Positions 15,869 through 25,482 of a stretch of 64,000 nucleotides of DNA are shown here, piece after piece. A program made the position numbers and the translations under genes. Position 1 is the first letter of the stretch; every line of letters begins with the position of its first letter. Source of the stretch: Burkholderiales bacterium (GTDB lineage Bacteria; Bacillota; Clostridia; Christensenellales; SZUA-584); the NCBI GenBank assembly GCA_050260375.1, contig JBLNCA010000037.1, forward strand, positions 137,844-201,843. Reading direction: 5' to 3'. Under the pieces are notes generated by a model. That model was not told the DNA's origin. It searched no databases and saw only the letters and a program-made list of their open reading frames with translations.

Positions 15869-16888
15869 GTGAATGGTTTGGCTGGACAGGAAAGATACTC
15901 ACCAAGGGAAAAAGCTGCAATATTAATGATCATGCTAGGCAAGGAGTATGCCGCCAGGGTCTTCAAGTATTTGTCTGAGGAAGAAGTCGAACAGCTTACG
16001 CTCAGCATAACAAGTATGCGGCGCGTCGAGCCCGAGATAAAGGAAGAGGTATTGACCGAATTCATACAGATGTGCATCGCGCAGAAGTATATATCCGAGG
16101 GCGGCATAGAATACGCGCGTGAAATACTTGACCGCGCGTTCGGGCCAGAGAACGCAAACGACCTTATAATGAAGCTCTCTTCTTCGCTGCGCGTCAAACC
16201 CTTCGATTTTGTAAGAAAAGCGGATTCGGCGCAGGTTCTCAACTTCATACAGAACGAGCATCCGCAGACAATAGCGCTCATTCTGTCATACATAGACCCT
16301 CAGAATGCGGCCCCGATACTTGCGTCGCTTCCTTTGGAAATACAGACGAGCGTAATAGCAAGAATCGCAAACATGGGCATAACGTCGCCTGAATATATCA
16401 AGGAAACGGAACGCGTGCTTGAGAAGAAGCTCTCCACGCTTAACTTCGGAGACACGACGTCTGCGGGAGGCATCGACAGCCTCGTTAAAATACTCAACAG
16501 CGTGGACAGGGGTACCGAACGGCATCTGCTCGAAGCGCTCGAAGAATCGGACGCCGAGCTTGTGGAAGAAATAAGGAAGCGCATGTTCGTATTTGAAGAT
16601 ATCGTCAAACTCTCGAATCAGGCTATACAGCGCGTGCTCAAAGAGATCGACAACCGCGATCTTGCCGTTGCGCTTAAGGGCTCGACTCCGGAGGTTGCGA
16701 AGGTCATATACAGCAATATTTCTTCTCGTTTGCAGGAGATGATCAAGGAAGATATAGAGGTTATGGGACCTGTCAGAGTCAGAGACGTTGAAGAAGCGCA
16801 GCAGAAGATCGTTAACGTCATTCGCCAGCTTGACGATTCCGGCGAGATCATCATACAACGCAACGGGGAGGATGACGTAATTGTTTAA
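15869..16888 (+). CDS. fliG: FliG, rotor/switch protein
   Basis: EKAAILMIMLGKEYAARVFKYLSEEEVEQLT, and MFVFEDIVKL in the C-terminal domain. Confidence 0.92.
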   Translation: MNGLAGQERYSPREKAAILMIMLGKEYAARVFKYLSEEEVEQLTLSITSMRRVEPEIKEEVLTEFIQMCIAQKYISEGGIEYAREILDRAFGPENANDLIMKLSSSLRVKPFDFVRKADSAQVLNFIQNEHPQTIALILSYIDPQNAAPILASLPLEIQTSVIARIANMGITSPEYIKETERVLEKKLSTLNFGDTTSAGGIDSLVKILNSVDRGTERHLLEALEESDAELVEEIRKRMFVFEDIVKLSNQAIQRVLKEIDNRDLAVALKGSTPEVAKVIYSNISSRLQEMIKEDIEVMGPVRVRDVEEAQQKIVNVIRQLDDSGEIIIQRNGEDDVIV

Positions 16889-17618
16889 GATCAACCAGTC
16901 GCTGGTGGAGCAGATGAGCTCAAACAAGTCCGTCGTCGTTATCGCCCCGCGGCCCATACCCGTGCAGGAAGTAAAGCCGGCGGCGGAAGAAATAAATGAA
17001 GGCTCAGAGCAGCCCGAGGCAGACCTTGCCGAGCAGGCGCAGCTTAAACTGCAAAGCGCGGTTGAAAAAGCGGAGCAGATAATAAAGGAAGCGTACGACA
17101 ACGCGGAAAAGATAAGAAAGTCGGCATGGCAGGAAGGGTACAACCAGGGCAAAAACGACGCGGAGGCCGAAGTATCCAAATTCATGCAGGAGCAGACGAA
17201 TACGGCCAGGAGTATTTTTGCCAATTTGGAAAGATATAAGGAAAATCTTTTCAATGAGTTAAAGGACAGCGTGCTGCAGCTTGCTTTCGACATAGCGGAA
17301 AAAATAGTTAATATCGAACTTCAAAAGGACGATAAAATATATGAAGGTATCGTCATTAAAGCGATTAACGAATTAAAGAACGCCGAAAAGCTGGTAATAC
17401 ACGTAGGCAAAGACGAATACGAACGGTTTTTCAAAAACGGCGCCGAATGGCTTGTAGGAGAAACGGGAGGCCTTCCTTTCGAAGTCGTCTGCGACGGACA
17501 GGTGGGCGACGGGGTTTGCATACTCGAGTCGGACGACGAAGTTCTCAACGCGAGCACCAAGGTGCAGCTGTCAAGGATAAAGCACCAGCTTGAAGAAAAG
17601 GCGGAGAGCGATGAATAA
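16881..17618 (+). CDS. fliH: FliH, export ATPase regulator
   Basis: Glu/Ala/Lys-rich coiled coil followed by a FliH C-terminal domain (LQLAFDIAEKIVNIELQKDD). Lies between fliG and fliI. Confidence 0.8.
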   Translation: MFKINQSLVEQMSSNKSVVVIAPRPIPVQEVKPAAEEINEGSEQPEADLAEQAQLKLQSAVEKAEQIIKEAYDNAEKIRKSAWQEGYNQGKNDAEAEVSKFMQEQTNTARSIFANLERYKENLFNELKDSVLQLAFDIAEKIVNIELQKDDKIYEGIVIKAINELKNAEKLVIHVGKDEYERFFKNGAEWLVGETGGLPFEVVCDGQVGDGVCILESDDEVLNASTKVQLSRIKHQLEEKAESDE

Positions 17619-18942
17619 GCTCTGTAATCTGGATATGTACCGGGAGGCGGTAAGAGACACCGACCCATATGAATACGGCGGCAGGGTAAGCCAGATACTC
17701 GGCCTCACCGTAGAGGCGGTAGGGCTGACTGCAAAACTTGGCGACATATGCCGCATATATACGGAAAAGCGGGACAAGTACATACTTTCCGAAGTGGTGG
17801 GATTCAAAGACAAAAAAGTAGTGCTTATGCCGTTTGGAGACCTTTCGGGAGCGGGCCCCAACAGCCATGTGGTGTCGGAAGAGCGCCAGCTCAACGTGGC
17901 GGTGGGCAAAGACTTTTGCGGAAGAGTACTGGACGGGCTGGGAAACCCCATGGACGGCAAAGGAAAGGTTAAGATACAGGGCCGCTACCCTATAATGAAT
18001 CAGCCGCCCAATCCCATGGAAAGAAGCCGCATAACCGAGCGGCTTACGATGGGTATAAAAGCGATAGACGCTATGCTTACTCTGGGAATAGGGCAGAGGG
18101 TAGGCATATTCTCCGGCAGCGGCGTAGGAAAAAGCACGCTGCTCGGAATGATAGCAAGAAACACCTCGGCCGATATAAACGTAATAGTGCTTATCGGCGA
18201 AAGAGGCAGGGAAGTAAGGGACTTCATCGAGAAGGACTTAAAGGAAGAAGGCCTTAAAAGGTCTGTGCTCGTGGTGGCTACGTCCGACCAGCCGGCGCTC
18301 GTAAGATTGAAGTCGGCGATGGTGGGAACGGCGATAGCCGAGTTTTTCCGGGACCAGGGCTACAACGTAATGCTGCTTATGGATTCGCTTACGAGGTTCG
18401 CTATGGCGCAAAGAGAGATAGGAATGGCCATAGGCGAGCCGCCCGTATCGAGAGGTTTTACTCCCTCGGTGTACGCCATATTGCCCAAGCTGCTCGAAAG
18501 GGCGGGAACGGGCAGGCGCGGTTCCATAACGGGACTTTATACCGTGCTCGTGGAAGGCGACGACATGGACGAGCCCATATCCGACACGGTGCGCGGCATA
18601 CTTGACGGGCATATCATACTGTCGAGAAAGATAGCAAACGCGAACCATTATCCGGCTATCGACGTGCTTCAAAGCGTAAGCCGCCTTATGCCCGACGTTA
18701 CGTCCAAGGAAGACAGGGAAAAGACATCGTTTATCCGCAGCGTGATGGCGACATATAAGGAGGCGCAGGACCTGATATCGATAGGAGCTTATAAAAAAGG
18801 CTCAAGTAAGAAGATAGATGAAGCGATAGAATTAATAGGGCCTATTAACGACCTGCTCCAGCAGCGGGTGGAAGAGCGGTACTCTTACGAAGAGACGATG
18901 AGGCTTGTAAACGAAATATATGACAGGCGTGTGATCGAATGA
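17611..18942 (+). CDS. fliI: FliI, flagellar export ATPase
   Basis: Walker A GSGVGKST and Walker B VMLLMDSLTR. ATG 17611 is used because the upstream ORF-track start overlaps fliH. Confidence 0.93.
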   Translation: MNKLCNLDMYREAVRDTDPYEYGGRVSQILGLTVEAVGLTAKLGDICRIYTEKRDKYILSEVVGFKDKKVVLMPFGDLSGAGPNSHVVSEERQLNVAVGKDFCGRVLDGLGNPMDGKGKVKIQGRYPIMNQPPNPMERSRITERLTMGIKAIDAMLTLGIGQRVGIFSGSGVGKSTLLGMIARNTSADINVIVLIGERGREVRDFIEKDLKEEGLKRSVLVVATSDQPALVRLKSAMVGTAIAEFFRDQGYNVMLLMDSLTRFAMAQREIGMAIGEPPVSRGFTPSVYAILPKLLERAGTGRRGSITGLYTVLVEGDDMDEPISDTVRGILDGHIILSRKIANANHYPAIDVLQSVSRLMPDVTSKEDREKTSFIRSVMATYKEAQDLISIGAYKKGSSKKIDEAIELIGPINDLLQQRVEERYSYEETMRLVNEIYDRRVIE

Positions 18943-19376
18943 AGCAATTTGTGTTTACGCTGCAACCCCTGTACGACATGCAGGAGAGCATCGAAAAACA
19001 ATATAAAATGCAGATGAGCGAGATCGAAGCCGAGCTTTTAAAAAGGCTTAACGACCTTGATGTATTGAGCAGCAACTTCGAAAGGATGAAACGCGAATAC
19101 TGCGAAGCGATGGCAGCTGGGGTGCAGGCGGTTAAGATTAAAGAATACGGACACTTCTTCGAAAGGCTGAAAGCAGTAATGGCGCTCATGCAGGATAAGA
19201 TTGCATCGCTTGAGAAAGAAAAGGAGAAGTGCCTCGCAAAGCTGGTTCAGGCGAGAAGGGAAAAAAAACTGCTCGACAAGGTGCGCGAGAACCAGTACTC
19301 AGAATACATGGATGAATTAAAAAAGGAACAGGACAAGCTTGTAGACGATTTGATATCATATCGTGCAAGCGTCTGA
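18939..19376 (+). CDS. fliJ: FliJ, export stalk/chaperone-escort protein
   Basis: 145-aa coiled coil with an ATGA overlap onto the fliI stop, in the conserved position. Confidence 0.75.
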   Translation: MKQFVFTLQPLYDMQESIEKQYKMQMSEIEAELLKRLNDLDVLSSNFERMKREYCEAMAAGVQAVKIKEYGHFFERLKAVMALMQDKIASLEKEKEKCLAKLVQARREKKLLDKVRENQYSEYMDELKKEQDKLVDDLISYRASV

Positions 19377-19389
19377 CAAGGATAGAATA

Positions 19390-20055
19390 ATGGATGAAAA
19401 GAAAGCCCCTGATCTTAAAGGTACTTCGGAAGCAAGAAAAACTCTTGATATAAAGAAAAGCGCCAATAACATAAGCACAGGAAAGCAGACATCAGCCAAA
19501 GTACAAAAGAAAAAGAAGAAGATCTCGGCAGGAGCGCTCTTAAGCATAGTGCTTGTAGTTTTGATCGCCGGCGCTTGTGCAGCGGTCTATTTTGATATAG
19601 GCGGCGCAAAACAGATAGTTTCTTCGCTGCTTGAACTCGACACCCCGGCGGTTGCCGCGGAGGGCGGAGCGAATTTAAGCGCCGAGCAAGCAAAGTTTGA
19701 CAAGCGCGAAAAAACGCTTGACGCAAAAGAAGAAGAACTTCACCAGAAGGAACTGGACTTAAAGAAGCTTGAGGAAGACTTAAACGCGAAGGAGCAGGAT
19801 CTCGATAAACGTGAATCTGCGGTAAAAGACGTAGAAGAAAAAGTAAGCGAGCAGCAGAAGCAGTATTATACGTCGGTGGCGCAGATTTATGAAAAGATGG
19901 ACGTTAAAAAGGCCGCTAAGGCTATAAGCGGACTTGCGTCCCCGCAGGAAATGGCGCAGGTGCTTCTATACATGTCCAGCGAACAGGCGGGCAAAGTGCT
20001 TGACCAGATAAACTCTGCGGTCGCGACAGAGATTTTATCAGAAATGATGAAATAA
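19390..20055 (+). CDS. YlxF/FlbB-like flagellar protein (TM + coiled coil + MgtE-N-like C-terminus)
   Basis: TM segment ALLSIVLVVLIAGACAAVYF, a Lys/Glu coiled coil, and the C-terminus AAKAISGLASPQEMAQVLLYMSSEQAGKVLD. Occupies the fliJ-fliK position. Confidence 0.55.
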   Translation: MDEKKAPDLKGTSEARKTLDIKKSANNISTGKQTSAKVQKKKKKISAGALLSIVLVVLIAGACAAVYFDIGGAKQIVSSLLELDTPAVAAEGGANLSAEQAKFDKREKTLDAKEEELHQKELDLKKLEEDLNAKEQDLDKRESAVKDVEEKVSEQQKQYYTSVAQIYEKMDVKKAAKAISGLASPQEMAQVLLYMSSEQAGKVLDQINSAVATEILSEMMK

Positions 20056-20072
20056 ATAAAAAAAGGAAAGAG

Positions 20073-21554
20073 GTGAAGCTTATCGTTTACAATGCATTGG
20101 CGTTTCCAAACTGCGAAGCGCCAGCCGCCTCTCCGGACATTAAGCCGATTAAGGACGGTGCGGAACCGGAAATAAAGGGGCCGGGTTTTGCGCAGGAACT
20201 AAAGGACTGCGAAGCTCCTCCGAAGGAACCGTACAAGCCAAGCGCAGACAAAGCGCAGCCGCTTAATGAGGAGAAAGGCGACAAAGAGGTAAAGGATAAC
20301 GGCATGCCAGACATTCCCGGCGCAGAGGGCGCTGTATATGGAATTGTTGGCATTCTCGAAGGATTCGAACCGCCAAGTTATCAATCGGACAACGCAGCTT
20401 GTATGGTAGCGGAAAACATTATTCCCATAGGCCAGCAGACTGCGGCTCAAAGCGAGGGAGCTGCAATGCAGATACAGCTGCCGCAGCAAAAGGTCCAGGA
20501 AAAAGCCGCACCGCCCGAAAACCAGCAGGCAATCGGGCAGAATACAGGCGAAACGTCCGAACAAACTGCATGGATGCTGCAAAACAATGATGCCGGTACA
20601 AAGCCGGTGCAGACGCAAGATGAGATATTGAGAATTGTAGGCGATTATTTGGATTCCCTGGAGAATACCAATAGCCAGGCTTCCGGGAAAGCGGGCGCGG
20701 AAAGCGTTTTACAGCCTGCCGCTGAAGCAGGCGCGGAAAGCGTTTTACAGCCTGCCGCTGAAGCGGGTGCGGAAAGCATTTTGCAACCCGCTGCTGAAGC
20801 GGATACGGCTGTAAGCCCGAAAGCCGCCGAAAGCCTTAAGACGCAGCCGCAAGTGCAGGCTGAGCTGCAAAGCGAAGAACCGGTTGCCGCCAAAGAGGCC
20901 AAAGACGCCGCAGGCATAAGCACGGTGAAGCAAGGCTTATCCGATAACAAGCCGACGGAAGCAGAAGCCCCGGATTCCAAAGTTCTTAACATGGATACGG
21001 GAAAGCCGGAATCAAGGATTGCGGCGGAGCCTGTAAACGGGGCGGCGGCTAACGCTGAACCGGCGGTTAACAAGGCAGAAGCCCAGCAGCCTGAGCCGGC
21101 TAATACCCAGGCAAGGCCGGAAGCCGTAAGAGAAAGCGTCCTTAAGATTGTCGACAGGGTAAAAACGGGAGCGCTGGAAGGCAAGTACGATTTCGACATC
21201 GATCTGAAGCCAGAGTTCATGGGAAAAGTGAGCATAAAGCTCACGATGGAGGACGGAAACATAAAGGTTCAGATCAAAGCGGAGGAAGCGTCCGTAAAGG
21301 CAATGCTCTCGGACCAGTCGTCAAACCTGCACTATATGCTTAAGGAAAAAGGCATACCCGTAACGACGGTCGATATTGCGTACAGCGATACGATGACGGG
21401 GCATGAGAGCGCAGGGGAGAGTGCGGGACAGTACGAGAGGAGAAACTCTCAAGGCAGCGTTGCCTATGAACAGGCGACAGAAGGCACGTTTGACACCGCA
21501 AAGGAAAGATACGACTTCTACCTTGGCGGCAGCAACGTCGAATATCTTGCGTGA
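20073..21554 (+). CDS. fliK: FliK, hook-length control protein
   Basis: Pro/Ala/Glu/Gln-rich ruler region followed by a Flg_hook domain (KPEFMGKVSIKLTMEDGNIKVQIKAEEASVKAMLSDQ). GTG start after AAAGGAAAGAGG. Confidence 0.8.
   Translation: MKLIVYNALAFPNCEAPAASPDIKPIKDGAEPEIKGPGFAQELKDCEAPPKEPYKPSADKAQPLNEEKGDKEVKDNGMPDIPGAEGAVYGIVGILEGFEPPSYQSDNAACMVAENIIPIGQQTAAQSEGAAMQIQLPQQKVQEKAAPPENQQAIGQNTGETSEQTAWMLQNNDAGTKPVQTQDEILRIVGDYLDSLENTNSQASGKAGAESVLQPAAEAGAESVLQPAAEAGAESILQPAAEADTAVSPKAAESLKTQPQVQAELQSEEPVAAKEAKDAAGISTVKQGLSDNKPTEAEAPDSKVLNMDTGKPESRIAAEPVNGAAANAEPAVNKAEAQQPEPANTQARPEAVRESVLKIVDRVKTGALEGKYDFDIDLKPEFMGKVSIKLTMEDGNIKVQIKAEEASVKAMLSDQSSNLHYMLKEKGIPVTTVDIAYSDTMTGHESAGESAGQYERRNSQGSVAYEQATEGTFDTAKERYDFYLGGSNVEYLA
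20694..20801 (+). repeat. Three tandem 36-bp units (GAESVLQPAAEA) in the fliK ruler region
   Basis: Units 1 and 2 are identical except for the last base. Unit 3 differs at a few mostly synonymous positions and has one V-to-I change. Confidence 0.9.
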
Positions 21555-21568
21555 AAGGAAGAAAGCTA

Positions 21569-22222
21569 ATGAGTAATATTAACGCAGTTACATCAACAAC
21601 GTATGACGAAGTGCAGAATGCATCGACGCGATCAATTCCGAACAAGAGCAACGATCTCGATATAAACGACTTTTTAAAGCTGCTCATAGCGCAGATGACG
21701 AATCAGGATCCGGTTGGCGGAGGTTCGTCAAGAAGCGGCAGCGGTTCGGACTATATCGCGCAGCTTGCACAGTTTACGATGCTGCAGCAGTTAAGTACGC
21801 TCAGCACCAGCATGTCTTCCAGCCAGGCGTACAGCCTTATTGGCAAATACGTATACCTGCAGGAAAGTCCGGGTGCTCAGCTGATATTCGGCAAGGTTGA
21901 CGGCGTTGTAAGGGAAAACGGAGTAAACTGCCTTATGGTAGGCGGAGAAACATATGATATGTCCAAGGTATATGCCGTTGCGGACGGAGACGAAGAAATA
22001 GGCGGCGTTATTGAAGACCAGATTCTGGGAAGCGCGCACCTTATCGGCAAGCACGTTACCGCCAAAGTTACCGGCGAAGACGGCAACGAGACAACGATAA
22101 CGGGAATCGTCGAAAAGATAAAAGTTAAAGACGGCGATATCTACCTCGTGGTGGGCGGCAGGGATGTGGAACTTGGCAGCCTGACCGAAATAGCAGGAGA
22201 ACAGCCTGCATTAAACAACTAA
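21569..22222 (+). CDS. flgD: FlgD, hook capping/assembly protein
   Basis: The DINDFLKLLIAQMTNQDP motif. ATG 21569 follows AAGGAAG. Confidence 0.85.
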   Translation: MSNINAVTSTTYDEVQNASTRSIPNKSNDLDINDFLKLLIAQMTNQDPVGGGSSRSGSGSDYIAQLAQFTMLQQLSTLSTSMSSSQAYSLIGKYVYLQESPGAQLIFGKVDGVVRENGVNCLMVGGETYDMSKVYAVADGDEEIGGVIEDQILGSAHLIGKHVTAKVTGEDGNETTITGIVEKIKVKDGDIYLVVGGRDVELGSLTEIAGEQPALNN

Positions 22223-22244
22223 TAATTAACGGAGGATAAACATT

Positions 22245-23120
22245 ATGATGCGTTCATTGTATTCCGGCGTGACCGGATTAAAAGCCCATCAGACAAAGAT
22301 GGACGTTATAGGCAACAATATTGCTAACGTGAATACGGCGGGCTATAAGACGAGCCGCGTGGTATTCCAGGACATATACAGCCAGACGGTGGCGCCCGCT
22401 TCGGCGAGCACCCCTACTACCGGCGGTACGAACCCGCAGCAGATAGGTCTCGGCGTACAGCTCGCGACTATTGACGTGCTCGATACGGAATCGTCCTCGC
22501 AGTATACGGGCAACACGCTCGACCTCGCAATAGACGGCGACGGGTATTTCATAATAAATGCGAGGGGCATAATATCGTATACCCGCGCAGGCAACTTCTA
22601 TACCGACGCGGAAAACTATCTTGTCGACTCGAACGGCAACTATGTCCAAGGGTGTGAAATAGACGTAGACGGCAATCCTGTTTACAGGGATGCAGGCGGT
22701 GCGGTATGCGCTCCCACGGATCCGGGCGCTCATCTGACGCTGCAGAAGATATATATCGATCCCAATTATTACGACGTATCTATCAACAGCAACGGCCAGG
22801 TGGTCGGGCTTGACGAGGTAACGAGCCAGAGCCATGTGCTGGGACAGTTGGTACTTGCTACGTTTGCAAACCCGAACGGCCTTGAGAAAGCGGGCAGTAA
22901 CGCCTACCGGCCGACGGTCAACTCCGGCGATCCTGTGCTGGACACGCCGGGAGAAGGCGGAACGGGAAAACTCAACCCGGGCTCGCTGGAAATGTCCAAC
23001 GTTGACCTGACGGCGGAGTTTGCGGACATGATAGTCACGCAAAGAGGATTCCAGGCTAACGCGAGAATAATAACGACTACCGACTCAATGCTCGAAGAGC
23101 TTGTTAATATGGTGAGGTAA
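22245..23120 (+). CDS. flgE: FlgE, hook protein (short form, 291 aa)
   Basis: MRSLYSGVTGLKAHQTKMDVIGNNIANVNTAGYK at the N-terminus; VTQRGFQANARIITTTDSMLEELVNM at the C-terminus. Confidence 0.85.
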   Translation: MMRSLYSGVTGLKAHQTKMDVIGNNIANVNTAGYKTSRVVFQDIYSQTVAPASASTPTTGGTNPQQIGLGVQLATIDVLDTESSSQYTGNTLDLAIDGDGYFIINARGIISYTRAGNFYTDAENYLVDSNGNYVQGCEIDVDGNPVYRDAGGAVCAPTDPGAHLTLQKIYIDPNYYDVSINSNGQVVGLDEVTSQSHVLGQLVLATFANPNGLEKAGSNAYRPTVNSGDPVLDTPGEGGTGKLNPGSLEMSNVDLTAEFADMIVTQRGFQANARIITTTDSMLEELVNMVR

Positions 23121-23189
23121 AAGCTTTTAAAGGGTCGGGAAGCTTTGGCTTCCCGGCCCGCATAAAGGCATGAACTGGGGGGTTAATTA

Positions 23190-23393
23190 ATGATTAACGT
23201 TCATAGACTGAACTCCGAAGAGTTTTTGGTAAACTGTGAACTCATCGAGTTTGTGGAAGAAACTCCTGATACGGTGATTTCCATGGCGTCGGGCAGGAAA
23301 CTTGTCGTGTCCGAAAAATGCGACGAGATAAAAAGGCTTGTCATCGAATATAAGCGCCAGATATATTCCGCAAGCCCGAAAGAAGACAAATAA
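23190..23393 (+). CDS. flbD: FlbD flagellar protein
   Basis: 67 aa, MINVHRLNSEEFLVNCELIEFVEETPDTVISMASGRKLVVSE. Lies directly upstream of motA. Confidence 0.85.
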   Translation: MINVHRLNSEEFLVNCELIEFVEETPDTVISMASGRKLVVSEKCDEIKRLVIEYKRQIYSASPKEDK

Positions 23394-23412
23394 TTAGCTG
23401 AGGTAAAAGGCA

Positions 23413-24228
23413 TTGGAACTGACGACCCTTGTAGGCATGGCATTCGGGGCAATATGTATAGTCATCTCCATTCTAATTCAGGGCGAATTGGGGCAATTTT
23501 ACGACCTATCTTCTATTTTCATAGTTTTGGGGGGTACTATTGCTTCTACAATCATATCCTACCAAGGAAAAACTCTGAAATCGCTCAAAGACGTGTACCA
23601 CAACGCTTTTACAAAAAAAGTGGTGGACTTGAATGAGGATATAGAGCTTATTATAAGCATCGCGAATATTGCACGGCGCGAAGGCCTGCTCGCCCTTGAA
23701 GACGCTATAGCCGAGATGGACAACCCCTTCCTGAAGAAGGGTATAATGCTTATTGTTGACGGCGCGGATGCGGAGCTGATTAAGAATATACTTGAGACGG
23801 AAATCTACTTCATACAGACAAGGCACAATCAGGGGCAGGCGGTAATAAACAGCATGGCGCAGTACGCTCCCGCATACGGCATGATAGGAACGCTTATAGG
23901 CCTTATCATCATGCTGCAGAACCTTGACGACATCAATTCGCTGGGGCCGGCAATGGCTACGGCGTTGATTACAACGTTTTACGGCGTCATACTCGCGAAC
24001 CTTATATTTACGCCTATATCAAAGAAGCTTAAGGAAAAGAGCGAAGCCGAGGCGCTGCAGAAAGAGCTTTACATAGAAGGCCTGCTTTCAATACAGAACG
24101 GCGAGAACCCGAGGATAATTCGCGATAAGCTTACTTCGTTCATCGCGCGTAAAGAGTTAAGGAAAGAAGAAAAGGAAAAAGAACGGGATCAGCAACTGAA
24201 CCCTGAAGTGAGGGAGATCACGAAATGA
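23413..24228 (+). CDS. motA: MotA stator protein
   Basis: Four TMs and the AQYAPAYGMIGTLIGLI motif. TTG start. Confidence 0.9.
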   Translation: MELTTLVGMAFGAICIVISILIQGELGQFYDLSSIFIVLGGTIASTIISYQGKTLKSLKDVYHNAFTKKVVDLNEDIELIISIANIARREGLLALEDAIAEMDNPFLKKGIMLIVDGADAELIKNILETEIYFIQTRHNQGQAVINSMAQYAPAYGMIGTLIGLIIMLQNLDDINSLGPAMATALITTFYGVILANLIFTPISKKLKEKSEAEALQKELYIEGLLSIQNGENPRIIRDKLTSFIARKELRKEEKEKERDQQLNPEVREITK

Positions 24229-25019
24229 GTGAAAGGAAAAAGCCCGAAGAGCCGCAGGAGGAAGGCGCTCCTGCGTGGATGAACACATACGGCGATATGG
24301 TCACGCTGGTGCTCACTTTCTTTGTGCTGCTTTTTTCATTTTCTTCTGTTGACGCAAAGAAGTGGTCGGACGTGGCGACCTCGCTTTCGGGCATGAAGAT
24401 AATAGCCATACCCGCGCTCGACCCTTATGCGTCCGACAAGATGGCGAAGGACGTTCAGGGCAAATTCGTGCTGACGTCGACTTCGCCGAGTGCAGTGGAG
24501 TTAGACCTGGCCGGGAACGAAACGGGAATGACGGCAGAAGAGATAAACAAAGTCTTCAACGAGATGTATGAAAAGATCAAGAGCCACATAGAAAGGAACA
24601 ACCTCGGCGGCATACTTGAACTTAAATATGTCGATGAGTTTACCGTGCTTCTGCGTATGGCCGATTCAGCCTTTTTCGATTCGGGCAGCGCCAGCCTGCG
24701 TGATGACGCGCAGGCCGTATTGCAGGAGGTATGCGGCATACTGGTTGAGTACTCTGATCTTATCAAAAAGATAAGAGTTGAAGGGTATACGGACAACGTG
24801 CCTATGCATAACGCTAAATTTGAGGACAACTGGGATCTTTCCGTGGGAAGGGCGACGAGTGTTGTGAGGTACTTAACGAAGGCTACCGCCCTTGACCCTT
24901 CGCTGTTCGTGCCCGCCGGGCACGGCGAGTTCAGCCCGATTGCGGACAACAACACCGACGAAGGAAGAGCGAAGAACAGGCGCGTCGATTTTGTCATAGA
25001 GAGCATTCTCAAAAAGTGA
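24225..25019 (+). CDS. motB: MotB stator protein
   Basis: TM segment with a conserved Asp (TYGDMVTLVLTFFVLLF). OmpA-like C-terminus (GYTDNVP..NWDLSVGRATSVVRYL..NRRVDFVI). Confidence 0.9.
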   Translation: MSERKKPEEPQEEGAPAWMNTYGDMVTLVLTFFVLLFSFSSVDAKKWSDVATSLSGMKIIAIPALDPYASDKMAKDVQGKFVLTSTSPSAVELDLAGNETGMTAEEINKVFNEMYEKIKSHIERNNLGGILELKYVDEFTVLLRMADSAFFDSGSASLRDDAQAVLQEVCGILVEYSDLIKKIRVEGYTDNVPMHNAKFEDNWDLSVGRATSVVRYLTKATALDPSLFVPAGHGEFSPIADNNTDEGRAKNRRVDFVIESILKK

Positions 25020-25026
25020 GGACAAT

Positions 25027-25428
25027 ATGAAAAAGAATGTTATTATAATAGTCGTAATAGCGTTGATAGCGGTCGGAGCGGCAGCATACTTTCTGTTTCT
25101 TTCCGGCCCCGGAGAGCCCAAAAGCGGCTTTTATATGCCGGGGGATTACTTTGTCACGAATATAAAGGGCAGCGAGCGGCTCGTCAAAGTCACGCTCGTG
25201 CTTGGAATCTCCACTCCGGACCTGGTAAAAGCGCAGGAGCAATTGACGGAAGTCAACCATGTGATAAGGGACATTATAGTTTTTTCTCTGCGCGAGAAAA
25301 CGGAAGACGAGCTTCGCGCCGACAGTATAAAGGAAACGCTTAACGAGGAATTGGTCAAAAAGTTGAACGAGGGGTTGGGGATAGATTATATCACTACCAT
25401 CTATTTTAACGATTTTGTGATACAATAG
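25027..25428 (+). CDS. fliL: FliL basal-body-associated protein
   Basis: 133 aa with an N-terminal TM, then FVTNIKGSERLVKVTLVL and IRDIIVFSLREKT. Lies in the motB-fliM position. Confidence 0.8.
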   Translation: MKKNVIIIVVIALIAVGAAAYFLFLSGPGEPKSGFYMPGDYFVTNIKGSERLVKVTLVLGISTPDLVKAQEQLTEVNHVIRDIIVFSLREKTEDELRADSIKETLNEELVKKLNEGLGIDYITTIYFNDFVIQ

Positions 25429-25482
25429 TATTTAAAACCGCCCTTAAAACTTTTACGGGCTACCCTTCGAAGGAGAAATACA

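Noticed and set aside
14460-15920. A 486-aa ORF antisense to fliF. Similar long antisense ORFs lie at 10703-11650, 16286-17293, 22278-23042, 33263-34015, 41036-42112, 50028-50831, 61350-62192 and 62717-63550.
   Set aside because: Each lies fully opposite a confidently identified gene. All have Arg/Tyr/Leu/Phe-rich junk composition with no motifs and no RBS. They are shadow ORFs produced by the codon bias of the sense strand.
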